Part shown: piece by piece, positions 14,766 through 31,544 of the stretch
Layout: every line of letters starts with the position of its first letter
How positions within the stretch are numbered: position 1 is the first letter of the stretch
Source of the DNA: the human T2T-CHM13v2.0 reference genome, Homo sapiens
Strand: one strand, 5' to 3'
Assembly: GCF_009914755.1 (NCBI RefSeq)
Contig: NC_060944.1
Length of the DNA: 64,000 bases
Made by a program: the position numbers and the translations under genes
Notes under the pieces: generated by a model
Databases searched by the model: none
What the model saw: only the letters and a program-made list of their open reading frames with translations
Told to the model about the DNA's origin: nothing

Positions 14766-15064
14766 TTTTCTGGAATAATGTGTCTCAAACTCGAATGTGC
14801 ACACAGATTAAGTTGCAGCAGGGCCTGAGATTCTGCATTCTTCATGAGCTCCCAGAGGATATCCAGGCCACCAATCCATGGACCAAACTGAGCAGGCAGC
14901 ATCTAACACAATGCCTGGTATGTGGTAGAAGCCCAATGTTTGTTGAATAAATACAAGATAAGAGGAAAACCACTCATAATCCCACTCAACACTTTTATTG
15001 CTGCATTTTGACCATGGCACCATGCCCTTGCTAAACTATTTACTAATCAGGTTTTATCTTTACT

Positions 15065-15372
15065 GTTTGGGGTTTGTTTTGAGACAGGATCTCACTCTGT
15101 TGCCCAGGCTGGAGTGTGGTAGCATGATCACAGCTCACTGCAGCCTCCATCTCCAGGTTCAAGGAATCCTTCTACTGTAACCTCCCAACTAGCCAAGACT
15201 ACAGGCATGTTCCACTGCGCCCAGCTAATTTTTTGTTTTTGTGTTTTTTTTGGTAGAGACAAGGGTCTGGTAATGTTGCCCAAGCTTGTCTCGAACTCCT
15301 GGCCTCAAGTGATCTTTGTGCCTCAGCCTCCCAAAGTACTAGGATTACAGGCATGAGCCACCATGCCTGGCC
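15065..15372 (-). mobile_element. Alu (AluJ-like)
   Basis: Reverse-orientation Alu. Confidence 0.92.
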
Positions 15373-16592
15373 CTGCTGTATCATTTTCTGATGGATAGAG
15401 GAAGGAGAGACGGATAGATACATGACAAGGCAAGTGTGTCCTGAGGGTTTATTTTATGTCACTAAGCCAGGGTTCAAGCAAAGGCAAGGTTTAATCAATA
15501 TTCACCTGATACAGGTTCCAAAAACTATTCCTAGGACAGCATTTACAGTTTTACAATAAATGTCAAATAGGAACATGGGATTCACTTAGTAGAAACCTCA
15601 GTTTCATGGGAAGAGCCTACTTGGTTAAATAAATGATGTCAAGAGGATCAATTCAGCTTCACTTCTTATTCAGAAAAATGAAAATGCAATGGCTTCCTAA
15701 GTTGAGCAGTAATAACTGTCTTGATCATTTATTAGGAAGGTAAAATGTGCTGAGCAGTATGCCAAATCCTTCATACATTATAATTCTGATAATGACGGCA
15801 ACAAAGACCACGAATACAACCTCAAGCACAAACACAGACTATCTCTGGCGGGATGTCCAGAGAACCAATGGCACTGGGGCTTAGGAAGACGAGGTGGCCA
15901 CCTAGGTATGAGGGAAGACCTTGCCCTGTACACAGCTTGTATTAATACCTTTCAAATTGTGCACCATGTGAATGCATTTCCCCAAAATCAATTTATGAAA
16001 GAAACTAGAGCAGTTTGCACTTGGCACTGTGCTAAGTGGTGTTTTACACACGTTCTCATTGACTCCTGTAAAAATCCTAAAAGACAAGTAACATTCTCTC
16101 CAATTTGCTTCTTGGGCAAATTGAAGCCCCAGAAGGTCAAATTATCCTTGCTCACAGTCATGCCACTAGTATGGTGAGAACAACTCAGGCTGGAGGGCAA
16201 GGGTCAGGTAGGTCCCATGACCATCTCAATGTACCACCATTTGCACTGGGAGCTCATCCTCCTGGAGGAGGCGGGCATCGGAGGGCCCAGGCTCAGGCCA
16301 CTAGGCTCCCCAGGTTCTACTCTCAGATGCTTCTGGGCCCAGCTGCCCTGGGTCAGGCCACTCACAGGAGGACATGCTTGGGGGTGTCAACAGCAGCCCA
16401 CAGCGAGGCTGCACCTGCCCCATGAGCCACTGTTGTTCTACCTCTGCCTGGGAGGGGCCTTCAGGCTGCTGTAGCCAAACACAGGGAGAGGAGGCTGGGG
16501 CAGGGTAGATACCAATGGATGACAAAAGCCTGAACAACCTGATGAAGAAACAATCTCACTTGATGCTTGACCAGCCTGGATTTATTTCCTGA

Positions 16593-17172
<580 letters not shown>

Positions 17173-17269
17173 TGTTTCCTGAATTTTTCAAAATGCTAGA
17201 GCAACAATGAGAGCCCCCAGGAGCAACCTGGAAAATTATCTCAAGGTCGTTAAAGATTTCCATTTCTTC

Positions 17270-17353
17270 ACCACTAAGGAACTTATTCATGCAACCAAAC
17301 ACCACCTGTTCCTCAAAAACCTATTGAAATAGACAAAAACAAACAAACAAAAT
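17270..17353 (+). mobile_element. Extremely 5'-truncated L1 (L1PB-like 3' end) with 15-bp target-site duplication
   Basis: accactaaggaacttattcatgcaaccaaacaccacctgttcc...ctattgaaata plus an A-rich tail, flanked by GATTTCCATTTCTTC twice. Confidence 0.8.
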
Positions 17354-17701
17354 GATTTCCATTTCTTCTTTGTGGCCTAAGCAGTTAAGAGCGTGGGCTT
17401 TTGAGCTGGACTACCTAGGTTTAGTTCGTGGTTCCCCCAATTCCTGTGTAACCTTAGACAAGTTGCACAGCCTCTCTGTGTCTCAAGTACTGCCTAGAAA
17501 TATTAGGAGGATTACATCCATTTATGCATGGAATGCACTTAAACTTACTCAGTAAATGCTGTCACCTCCCCTGCAGTCTTCAAAATAACCTGATATAGAC
17601 TCAAATATGTGAGAACAGCAGGAGCTGAGTTTTGTGAGCTCAAGTGTGCAGGCGCAGGGGAAAAAAAAGACTAAAAAGAAATACACCAGCAATAAGAGTA
17701 G

Positions 17702-18058
<357 letters not shown>

Positions 18059-18144
18059 ATTTCCTGTACTTTTAAAAAAATGAATACACATTAAAGAGCT
18101 AAAAATAAAGTAAAATAATTGAATAAAAATACAGGGGCACAGAC

Positions 18145-18275
18145 ACACAAATACATATCGGTGTACATACACATTGTATATATATGTGTAGGTGTGTGTA
18201 TATATATATATATGAATATATATAATTTATATGTGTATTTGTATGTGTCTCTGTGTATACATATACACATGCATA
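18145..18275. repeat. TA/TG-rich low-complexity repeat
   Basis: Read directly. Confidence 0.8.
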
Positions 18276-21200
18276 CGAATGAAATTTTTCGAACCTGTGC
18301 CAGTATTCAGAATAGGCCCCCGCTAAGCTGTGGACTTGAGAACCACACCGTGCAATGGAAATGGCTTGGCCAAAGTGCCCAACAGAATGCTTTTACGTTC
18401 AGCTCTCCCACATCCCAGATGCTTGGCCTTGAGGAAGTCCTTTGACCTCAAGAGTATCAGTTTCCCAGGCTGCAGGCTGGGTGTCGTTGTCGTGGCATCG
18501 TTTGAGGACAAGAGCTGCGCACAGAACACATAAGAAATGGTGAGAGGGAACGCCCTCCACACCGTCTGCCCCTAACTCACACCCATGCCAGCTCAGAGGT
18601 CGCGGCATGAAACTAAAGCCTCCACATGAGAACAAATGCTCCTTTTTAAAATCCTAACACGATGGTTCAGAGGACAAATTAATAAGAAAAACAATGAGCA
18701 TATCTTGAGCTCTCATCGCAGGCAGGGCCCTGTTTTGGCACCTCACCAATTTAATACCCATTTAACCTTTGCAATGACCCTGGGAGGCAGGCATTCGTCT
18801 CAGCCTCCTGAAGAGCAATGCAACCTTGAAAAAGCCACTCAGCTTCTCCGAGCCTCAGTTTCCTCAGCTGTAAATGGGGTTAATGGCAGCGCCACTATCT
18901 CTCCAAGCAGGCACACAGGAAAAGCTCGGCCAGGGTCAGCCTGCTCATCACTGGCGATGAGGTGCTCGTTGGGGAAGGTGAGGCTCAATGCCTCTGAGCC
19001 TTGGTTTCCTCATTCACAGAGCAGAGGCTGCATGCCTGCCCAAGCCATTGAGCCATTCCACATCATGTGCTTGTCAGATAGTAAGTGCTCAGTAAACATG
19101 CATGACTATTGCTAGAGTCGGCCCATAGTCTTCTAGGAGGTTCAGAATGAATGACTTTGACATTCGCAATGTCTCCCAGGATCCAGAGGAAACAGAGCCC
19201 CGTGAGAAGCCATCACCTCCCCGTGTTCCTCCCCACCCACCCAGCCCCACCTCCCCACATGCTCCAGTTCATGACTTTATTGTCAACGGAGCTAGTGCCT
19301 TCCGAGGCCGTTAGGAGTCTCATTCATGGGACTAAATTAGAAAATGCTCAATGTTCAATAAAGAGGTCTTGGCCTCCACACCCACTAAACCCACAGGGTA
19401 CCAGAAGGGCAGCAGGGCCAGCTGGTGACACGGACACTCCTATGAACATCAGCCTCGGCCTGCGGACGGGTTGCAGCGAGATGGCTCGGGGGCCTGCGAA
19501 GTGGTCCCAGGTGTGGTCATGGTCCCCTCTTGTGGCATGTTGCAGCTGACAGGTGCTTAGAAACCCACCTAAAGCAGATGTCTCCTTTCCCATATAATCA
19601 GAGAAAATCAGCTTCACCTAAGGTCCCTCAGTGGCGAGGGCGGAGGCAAGGGCAGAACCTGAATGCCTGACCCTAGGTCCAGGACTCAGGTCACATGGCC
19701 AGCCAGGCACTGCGCTGAGCTGCCGCAGAGGACCCTTTCTAAAGCCTGTCCCATCTCACTCTCACATCCAGCCCCGGCTGGAGCGCTCCACAGGCGTCTG
19801 GGCTCAGCCCATGTGCTCATTGTACCCCATGCCTGGGGCGTGATGCTGCTGCCAGCAGGTGGATGAATGAGTGAGTGGGTGAGTGAAAGATAAGAACCCA
19901 GAAGTTCAAAGCCAAGGCCAGGGCTTCATTGCTGACCAGCTGCCTGACTTTAGGTATGTGAGCTTCACTTCCCTGTGCCTCTCACCCCTCGTCGAACAGG
20001 AATAATAGCAGCCCCGACTCACCATGTGGTTGCAAGGATGAGCTAAGATCATGTCTGTAACAAACAGCGTGTAAATAAACAACTCTCAGAACTCTCAGAG
20101 CCCCCTCCGTATCATAGCCTGGTCTCAGACGTGGTTAATTCAACCAGAAAAAGCTGGAACAGGCTCAGGAATCTAAGGCTCGTAGAGCTCAAAAGTGATC
20201 TATGTCTAGATGGCCTTCTCTCTCAACGAAAGAACAACAGATGAAATGCCTTCTCTGTGCCAAAGATCACACTGGAACTTTTGTTTAGCATCCTAACTAT
20301 GCTCAACAAACACAAAACAAATAGCCTGACAGACGTAAGTCTACATCACTTTATCATTGAAGAAACTACTGCCCAGTGAGTCTCCCAGAGTCCCAAAGCT
20401 ACCAAACCCTAGAGCTGCCTCACTTCGAACCACCCGCTTCGTCTACTTCCAAGAGGCAGCATGGGCCAGTGGTCAACAACATGGGCTGTGGCTACAGACG
20501 TCCTATGCCCCAATCAAGCAGCATCGCGCGCTGGCTGGGGGTGACCCCTGGCAAGCTGCTTACCCGAACTGTGTCCCAGTTTCCTTGCCTGTAAAATGAG
20601 CATAGTAATCCTACCACCTACACTCTATGGCATCGCTGCAAAGACTAACTAGGTCACTCTAAAGAAAGCACATGGTGAAGTGTAGCTCCAGCCATTATGC
20701 CACCCTGCCCAGCACACACGAGGGCCCCAACATTTATTTGTGACACAAATAAAGTTTCTTCTATATTGTTCCTCTTGGTTGCCAGAAATACTGCAAGTTT
20801 CAGACTTAATCTCCCTTTTGGCAACAGCTATTTCTCCAAGATTCTGGAAGCCTTCTGTTTTCTGCCTATGTCTGGGGACAACACTTTACTGAGGCTCATT
20901 CCTGACAATCTCCCTTCTACTGTGGGCTGAAAGCACCCCTCAGTGAACCTCCGTGTCTTCAGTTAGAAGATGAGTTAGCAGGCGGGCCGGTCTCACCACG
21001 CCACCTCTCTGCCTGCGCCAGCCCCGACCCTGGCGCACCCTCCCCCTCTCTCCACCTCTCACCTCGGAGGCCAGGGTGCAGGTCTCAATCGTTTCACAAG
21101 TCCATCCTCGACCACTGCGGGCATCCCTCAGCCGGGGACACGTGCGGCGGGGCAGAGAGCAGTGCCACAACTGGCCCACGGGTGTACCTGGTTTGGACTG

Positions 21201-23349
21201 TAGTCTTTTTCAAATTTTAATGAAATCACCAGTCTCATCAAAAGACTGGTATAGACAAGGAGGAGGTGGTGAGGATGGCTCCTCAAAAGTCGGCCTCAGA
21301 ACCCCCACATCACACACCCCGCTCTGCTACTCCCCACCCCATCCCCGCCTCCATCTTGAAGTGAAAAGGCTACATCAAGTCACCTCTAAAAGATGCTTTC
21401 CCTCTAAAAATAGCAGGAGTCTCGGCAGGGATGAACAGGGTCCCTAGAGACTCTGGCCTTTCCCAAGGCTACAGCCCCAGACAGACAGATGCCACCCCTC
21501 TTGCAGCCAGTCTCAAAAAAATCCAGTTAGCCTGACTTTCAAAACATGCTCTGACTCTAACCCCTTCTCCTGCTCCCCCATGCCCCCACCCTGGTCCAGC
21601 CACCATCCCCTCTGGCCTGGGCCTCTGCAGCAGCTTCTCCCTGTCCACACCCCAGCAGAGGGATCCTGCTGACACCTACGTCAAGCCAGGCCCTCCCAGC
21701 TCCCGCCTCGCTCAGAGTCCAAGTCCTCTAACTAAACATGTGCGAGGCCCACGATCCGCCCCCCTATCCTTCCCCTTCCCCTGCCCTTCCCACACAGGCC
21801 TCCTCTCTGTTCAAGATGTCACCCAACTCAGCCCTGCTCTCTCCTCAGCCTGGAGAGGTCCCTGCAGCTTCCACGTGGGCACCTCCTTCTTTGCCCAAAT
21901 GTGGCTTTCCCAGGGAGATCCATCAAACCACTCCCAATTCTCCTTGGCCTGATAGTTTTCCCCATAGGACTTATCACCTCCCAACATACTATTTCATTTT
22001 CCTATTTAACATACTATTTAAAATTTTCCTATTTATAAGCTATATTGCTATCTCCCCCTAGCCAGCACATCAGCTCCACAGGGCCAGGGATTTTTGCCTG
22101 TGGTTCACTGCCATATTCCCAGTGCCAAGCACACAGTAGGTGCTTGGTAAGTATTTTTAATAAATGAGCAAATGAACCCCAGTGATCTCAGAACATTCTC
22201 CTCCTCCAATTTTTTGGAAGCCTGAGTGACCCGGCCACCACCTCTTTCCCTTCCCCTCCCCAGGAGGTCCAATGGAACCTTCTGTAGATGCCAACACAGC
22301 AGCCCTGATCAAGACAAATTAGCATCAGCAAGAACTACTTCCTGTCTCACGTCCCCAAACACAAAATTTTATTAGACAAATAGAAGCTAACACACCCAGC
22401 CAACTGCTAAAGGAGCACTGCTTACTGTCACGAGTGCAGCTTTCACCTGGAAAGGAAAAAATCCCATCTGGCTTGCTTCTTCCCTTCCTTAGATATCATT
22501 TCAAGTAAGTTGCAGTTAGCATAAAAGCTGAAATCCAACAGAATGAGCATCCACGTCCCATAATCCATTTTATGAGGTTTTGAAAGACTGGAGACTTTAC
22601 CAGCTCCTCCAGCCCAGGAGGCAGTAGCCTGGACAGGTGGGCCTCAGGCCCTCACTCACCTCCCTGCAAAGCTCATTACTGTTACCGGGAATGAAATGGC
22701 CATCGGGTTTCCGCATCTGCAAGGAATTCCTCGTAACAGAGCTACCCATGTTTTTTCCACATGTCTGAACATCTGCTTGAAAGAACCAAGAGGACTCTTT
22801 GGAGGTGAGTGCGACGCTTCCACGTTCTCATATTTTGATCACTCCCTAAAAGGATGGCGTTCTGATTATTCTTTCCATTAAACATGCATCCCAGAGAGTT
22901 GTAAGAATAACATTTTTTGAAAGCCCCAGCACAAGGATGGATAAGGAATATACCAAAGTATCCCCTCCAGGGAATTTCTGTGCAGAATATGGTTAAAGGG
23001 TTTGGAAGCCGCCAGGAAAGGATTAAATGACAATGGCGTTATACAGGCCACTCTCAACTGGGATATTATTAGACCTCATAAGCTGAAGAACTATGGAAAC
23101 ACTTAAAGCCCAACCTTGCAAAACCGCTCTGAATGGATGTTTTGTCCACCGGAGGACCACTGCATCCTGTCCTGAAACAGGGCGAGGAATGATGGCAGGG
23201 CTCCACCAAAAGCGTGTGGCTCTTTTGAGATGAATCAAGTGGTTCCCCTTTTCATCTGATACCTGCAGACCAAAGTCAGGCTTGTGCATTAAGATTCATT
23301 GGTTCCTCTGAAAGAACCCTAGACTTGTTCTACTTCAATAAGATTTAGA

Positions 23350-23525
23350 ACTTTTTTATTTATTTGTTTGTTTTTTTAGAGACATGGTCTCACTCTGTCA
23401 CCCAGGCTGGAGTGCAGTGGCACGATCACAGCGGACTGCCGCCCTGAACTCCTGAGCTCAAGCAATCCTCTTGCCTCAGCCTCCCAAGTAGCTGGGATTA
23501 CAGGTGTGAGCCACCACACTCACCT
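23350..23525 (-). mobile_element. Alu monomer or fragment
   Basis: Single reverse Alu arm. Confidence 0.85.
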
Positions 23526-25935
23526 GAGATTTAGGGTTTTATAAGAGAAACTACCTCGATCCGGCTGTTAACAGGGTTCGTTCTGTAACTAGACAATTCT
23601 TAGAAATCATATAAATATAACCTCTCTCTTATCTCCCTTCCTATTTGATAAACCTTGAAGTAGCACCATTCTTATTTATTCCAGATGATGTGAACTGAAG
23701 CATATTTGCCATGAGCCAAATTCAACCCAAAGTTTGATTTATGGCCAAAACTGAAAAATCAGAAATTTCACATAAAAATTCCAACTCCTAGCTCTTGGGA
23801 AAGAAGAAAAAACAAAACCTATAAAACCTGGCAACATTCCACCCACATTCCCACATGTCACAGCCTATAGGGACTGAACAGCAACTGCCTCCTGAGGCAA
23901 GACTCACATGCCGCTCTGCCCTACTCCCCACCACCCCCTGTTGCTCCCTGACATTTGGTCAGTTCAGTCATTTCCTTTCATTGCCTGGCCCTCCTGGGCT
24001 TGTCTGTTTGTGATCTTGTTTATACAGTCTCTTCTTTGCTTCTTCCTTAGTCCACTGCTTCTAGAGAGAGGCGCATTGTTACTGAGGGTGTGGACAGTCA
24101 GTCCTTGCAAGTGGGTGCTTGCTGGGGCCTCTGGTGATGCAGCGTGTGGCCCCGAGGCATCCCACAGGCCTGAGAGCAAGTTGAGGACTTTGCTTCTGAG
24201 CTCCAAGCTCATATATCCAACTGTTTACTTGACATCTTTGCTCGTGTGCCTTGGAAGCCCTTTGTACCTTCTATGCCCCAAAGAGAACTTGCAATCTTCC
24301 CCCAAGAAAACACTTTCTTTCCCAAGTCCTTCTCCGCCATCCATCCAACCGAACCATCCACTCAGTTGCTCCTTTACCTCCCATACCTAAGTCCTGAAGA
24401 TCACATTATAGAGTCCATAGCTTCCGCTCCCACTGCCACCTTCTAGTCCTTACCACCTTGATCTTTCCCCTGGTACTGCCACAGGCTAACAATCTCATCT
24501 CCCTGCTTCTTCCGTAACTTCTTCTAATCTAGTCCCCAGGGAGAAACCTGAGTGATCTATAAAATGTTAAATCAGAATCAAGTTCCTCCTCTACTCAAAA
24601 CGTATCATGTCTTCCCCTTGCCCTGGAATAAGCAAAATTTCATCTCCTCACCTTGGCTTTTAAGCCCTGCACAGTTTGGGCCTGCCAACCATCACCCTGC
24701 AAGCTAAACTTGAATGACACTGGCCCTCCTTCAGCTCTTCAGCCACACACAGTCCTTCCCTGCCTCAGGGCCTTTGCATGTGCTGTGCTCTGTGTGTAGA
24801 ACACTCTCCCCCGACTAAGAGAGACAGAGAGCACGGAGGAGGAGGAGGACATCATTTGTCTCTTTGCTGGTTCTATGACCTGTTCCAGGTCCCAGCTGAC
24901 AAGTCACCTCCTCAACGAGACACTCTTTCTAAAGTAGGTCTTCCAAGTACCATCTCTTGTCATGGTTTGTTCTGTAGAAGCAGTTCCTCCCAAGCGGTGA
25001 ATCCAATGGACAAGCTTCTAATCAGCCATCACGTCCCACCGTGAGTCCAGGCATCAGCCCACAGATCCCCTCCAAGTGGCCGCCATCTGGCCTCTCAGGC
25101 CTCCCTGACCAACTCAAACCATCCTAGTCCACTTTCCCGCAGCCCCTGAGCTCCCTCAGGGCATGAGCTGTGCTGATCTCACCAACGTTGTATCACCTGC
25201 AACCAGCACAGTGCCTGGCACATGGCAGGTCCCCAGTGAGACATTCCCCATACAAATGAGTCATGAGATCTGACAAGCACTTAAGGTTTGGGAACAAACT
25301 TTCTCCCAAGACCAAGTACCATTCAAAAAAAGCAATGAAGAGAACAGCTGAGCATGGCATATGTTTAAGATTTTTAATTGTACACTTAAGGATAAAAAAT
25401 GAAATGGTCTTATATTCATTTTCTTTTTATATAAAGAGGAGCTTAAAACCACTAGGCATGAAAAAAGAATGAAGTTCTATAGTGAGGCAAATAAAAGAGA
25501 GAAGGGTGGAGACTGAGTAACTGAGAGGGGAGAAGAGGCTGTGGTTCAGAAATAGAAACAGATACAGAGATAAAGAGTGAGACAGAAATCAACAGAGAAG
25601 CCGGCGGAAGCATTCAGGCAAGGTACAAAGCAGGCTACACTGCTCTTCTGGATATGAAAGGGGCAGTGCTGCAGATTCCAGAAGGAGTTTTCACACTCCC
25701 TTGAAGGGTAAGAGCAGCAATCCTCTTAAAGTCCACTCTTTTCTCAATTTTTCCAAGAAGTTTTTTTTTTTAAACTGACTTCCCATGCTAAAAATCAGTA
25801 ATTAGCATGACTTATTTTGAAAAAACATAATCTATTCAAATGACTTTTTAAAAAGACTCCACTTTTTGTCTTTTAAAGAGACTTGTCTGCAAGTTTTTAA
25901 ATCATATATTGGATCTTCAAAGTTACAGGCACTTG

Positions 25936-26250
25936 GGCCACTTGTGGTGGCTCACACTGTAATCCTAACACTTTGGGAGGATGAGGTGGTAGGATCACTT
26001 GAGCCCAGGAGTTCAAGACCAGCCTAAGCAACGCAGGGAGACCATGTCTCTACAAAAAAGGAAAAAATTAGCTGGGCATGGTGGTAACACGCCTATAGTC
26101 CCAACTACTCAGGAGGCTGAGGTGGGAGGATCACTTGAGCTCAGAAATTCAAGGCAGCAGTGAGCAGTGATCATGCCACTGCACTCCAGCCTGGGTGACA
26201 AAGCAAGATCCTATCTCTAAAATAAGCAAACAAATAAACAAACAAACAAA
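25936..26250 (+). mobile_element. Alu (AluJ-like)
   Basis: Dimeric Alu. Confidence 0.9.
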
Positions 26251-27247
26251 GTCACATGCATGAAGAGGCAAGAGTCCTTGGGAGCTATCAGAGGGAGAAG
26301 CACAAACTTCAGGGACAGCCTAGCAGGTGTCTCCTGGACTGTACACTCAGCCCATTCCCTTCTCTGGAAATTTCCAGGGCCCCAGCCCCTGATGAATGGG
26401 TGAGCTGAGCCTCACTCCTCATGCAGCCCAACCTCCAGGCCACAGCCTACTGGACCAATGGGCGGCACCCTCCCAAGACAGGGCCAATCAGCATCTCCCT
26501 GAGAATCAGGATTTAGCTCCCATGAGGTGATGACAAGGCTCATACTGGAACAGCATGCAAAACTAGGGGGAATGGAGTGGCCCGCAGGAGGCGTGGGCAT
26601 TTCCCCTTCAGGCTTTTTCTGCACAAGTGAGAAGGCAGGAAGAGCTGGTCTGCAAAGAGACGTGGATGATCAGATCTACTGTGCTGCAAATAGAGCTTGC
26701 GGTATCCAAATCCCAGCTCCACCATTTAATAGCCATAACCTTGAACAAGTCCTTGACAGCTACTTGACCTGTTACCTGCATCATAAGGCTCTTTTGAGGA
26801 TTAAATAAGTTAACACATATGCAGCACTTGGAACAGGATCTCACAGGCAGCAAATGTTTTCTAAATGTTTATTATTACTATCATCTTGCCAAAATGTAAG
26901 CTCATGATGGTGAGAATTTCCAGCTGTTTTGTTCATATCATAACCCAGAATCAAGCACCATGCCTGGTACATAGTAGGTGCTCAATAAACATCTTTTGAA
27001 TAATCAGTGAATGAAGATGCCACAAAGCCAGAAATGGATACAGATTCTCTCTCCTTAAGACTTAAAATTGTTTGGCCAATGCATTTAATGAGCAGATTCA
27101 TTCTCCAAGTATTTGTTGAGTGCCTGCTATGTTTGTGGCAGCAAACTGTGCTTGATGGTGATATACAATGAAGAATAAGAAGGAAGTTGTGGTCTCTTTT
27201 AAACAAAGCTCATGGTCTAAGAGAGAGAGACATTGACAAAATAATTA

Positions 27248-27618
<371 letters not shown>

Positions 27619-29522
27619 ACATATATATATTACATAAGGCAATTGCTCTCAGGATTGGACGGCAGGAATCAGAAGACTGCGGTCCCCAAGGGAGAGGAAG
27701 TGCACAGGTGAGCCCACCTTCATTTCAGCTCTCTGCCTGGGGACAGCTCCCCTGCCACGTGCAGGAAGTAGCATCTGAGCAGAGCACAGTGGTCCCGCTG
27801 TGCTGAGGATTCCTGAAATAATCCTGGATTCCTGGCACCGCTCAGAGTGCCAGGCTGTGGAAACTGCTGGAATCGGTGGCATCAGAGAGGAGGAAGCTGC
27901 TGGGGGAAACCCTCAACTCTTTGGCCAAGGGCTGGGCTGTGTAAGCACAGGGAGAGATGGTGCGAGGTTTACCAGAGAGGGGCTGCTATGGGGTGGAGAG
28001 AACAGAGAGACTAAGAGTGCAGCGGAGCTGGCATATGGGAATTCCAGCCCACCAGATTAAAGAGACCTCCCCACCAAGCATCCAAAATGGCCATGCCTTC
28101 AGAACAGGCACATGCCTCAGAGGAAGGGCTACTCCAGGCCTGCCCTAATGGGGCCTAAAACCAATCCTCAAATAAAATACAGAGAAGACAGTTTAAAATC
28201 TAAGCCCCATCAAGTTAGATACACCTTGTGCTTTCCACAGATCCACCTGATGAAGCACGAAAGAAAGTTCAGAATGTCTACCACATCCAGTATATATCAT
28301 CACGATGTCAGAATGCAGTCGACAACTACTAGACAGGCAACACAACAGGAAAATGGGACTCATGGTCAAGAACCAAAACTCAATGAATAGAAACAGATTC
28401 CAAGATGGCTATGGTGTCTGATTTAAAAAAAAAAAAAAGCAATTGTCAGGACTTACAAGTTCTTAATATTATCATAGATGTCCTTAATCAGAGGTACACA
28501 CCCAAAGCACCTGTGGAGATTTGGGGAGTTTGCTGTTTTTCATTTGTTTGTTTGTTTACCTGGGCTTTACTCATGTTATATAGTTTCTAATTTAGTTTCA
28601 GAATGCCCAACAATCTGAATTTTTAAGAACCACCCTAGAGGTTCTGATGCACACTATAGATTAAGAACCAAGTTTTATCATATTAATAGGATACTTCTAC
28701 TTTAAGGCAAATACCAAAAAAAGTTATATTAATTTAAATGTATTAAAGGTTCTAGTTAATTGACTTGTTAGTGGGCACCAGTCAGTTGTTCCTGGTTAAC
28801 CAGATTATACAATTAAGAATATTTCAACTCCAATTATTTTGGGGAAAAATAGGCACACTTCTCTACTTATTTTGAAAAAAAAATCTGAGGTTAAATCAAA
28901 AGCCACAGACACACAAAAAAGCTACTGATTAAGAAAAAAACAAAAGGAAATGCTCATGGCAAAATGTAAACTTAAAAAATCAGAGTACAATCTACATGTT
29001 CACTATAGAATTAAGAATAGAAATATATGGTAACAGAGGCTGGCGTGTTTGTGAATAGAAAAAAGAAAGGCAATATATAAAAATACTAATATAGCTATTT
29101 TAGGTAGTTTGATAATGTATAGTTTTAATTTTTCTTACTTTTCTATATTTTACAAAAATTACCATTTTTTCTTAATGAACTCTTCATCTGAAACTTAAGG
29201 TGATGGTTTCAGAAACCTTCTGTCAACACACAAACCTCTGCAAAACTCTAGCAGTTTCTCCATCAGAAAGAGAAGGGAAGAAGCATCCAGGCACATGAAT
29301 ATCATTTCTATCCTTATCCTGCTGAAGAAGACTTTCTCTTCTGGCTTATGAGTAGCTGGATTAGCTTCTAATGCTAATTTAATCTCATATTTCTCATTCC
29401 TCAAAGGAGTAAGAGGCTGAGACACATACCTCACCTTAACAAGCAACAAACAGTGGGTCAGCAGAAGTGAATCTCTTAGTGACAAACACCACACACAAAA
29501 GGAAGAGCATTCAAGTCCATAC

Positions 29523-29694
29523 CTGAACCACAGGGTGGCCTCCAGTTGGAGCTTTGACAGCCCCTCGGCTGCCTTCTGTCTCATAGTGGGCCCGGTGATG
29601 TGGCTTGGGCTGCACCTCGATCCGCAGCTCGTAAGAGCCTGACTGACTGGACAGCGGCCACTCAAGTGGAGGGAGGGATGCAGTCACTGGGATG
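29523..29694 (-). CDS. NFATC2: NFATC2 exon 3 (172 nt), start of the Rel-homology DNA-binding domain
   Basis: Acceptor ctttag|CATCCC and donor CAG|GTATGG. Encodes (S)[14 protein letters not shown]...[26 protein letters not shown], which includes the NFAT DNA-recognition loop RAHYETEG. Confidence 0.98.
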
Positions 29695-29790
29695 CTAAAG
29701 GAGAAAATAAAATCAGCCATGTGTGCAATAAACCAAAATTAGTCAACTTGTACAATAATTGTAAACGGCCCTTTCTGAAAATCATGGATA

Positions 29791-30757
<967 letters not shown>

Positions 30758-31544
30758 TATGTGAACAAAATGCTGAGGCAGCACATATTTCTTACACATG
30801 ACAGGTAGAACTGTTCACAGGGTAGAGATCTTCCTCTTTGCTTTCTCTTCCACCTTGATAAAGACAGTGTGAGCAACTTCTCAATTAATGAAGCTTATGT
30901 TAGTTCTAGCATATTTCTAACTGCTGTCCCTTCTTTTCCCCTGGGAATTTTGAAAAGCATCACTATGGATTTATGTCACCATGTCCTGAGTTTTCACATA
31001 TGGCAGAAATCATTCATCAGAGTATTTTTTCCCAGTTAGCTCAGGGCTGCTAGGAGCTGACACTATCAGCTGGGCTTGGTTAAGCACTTGCAATAAAGCC
31101 AATTCTATGTCTTCTCTATCACAGCAGTACCAAGGGGAGCCCAGGGGGTAGCACCTCCATAAACTTCATCTGTGCCAGAGTCCAACTTAAACATTTCATC
31201 CAACTTATAATCATATCCTCCCTGTGCAAGCAAATCTCCTCCCCTTCTTTCCAACCACATTGCCTCCTGAAATCCCTCTTACCCTGCAGTCTTTTTTTTT
31301 GAAGTTTCATATTCTTTAATTTTGAAATATCGAAAATGGATTCAAATGGACTAACATTATCAAATAATCACTCACATCTAACCATATGATTTCCATATAG
31401 TTTGATACAATGATAAAAAGAAAACAAAAATTACAATGAAATAGAGTTGACTTTAAAGAATATTTAACTACTCATTCATTTATTGACTACTGCAAATTTT
31501 TCACTCTCTAGGGCTATGACATGAACCATGAAGTATATTTTTAA

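Noticed and set aside
29195-29665. 156-aa ORF overlapping exon 3 and running into intron 3
   Set aside because: Alternate frame with a non-ATG start and no recognisable product.
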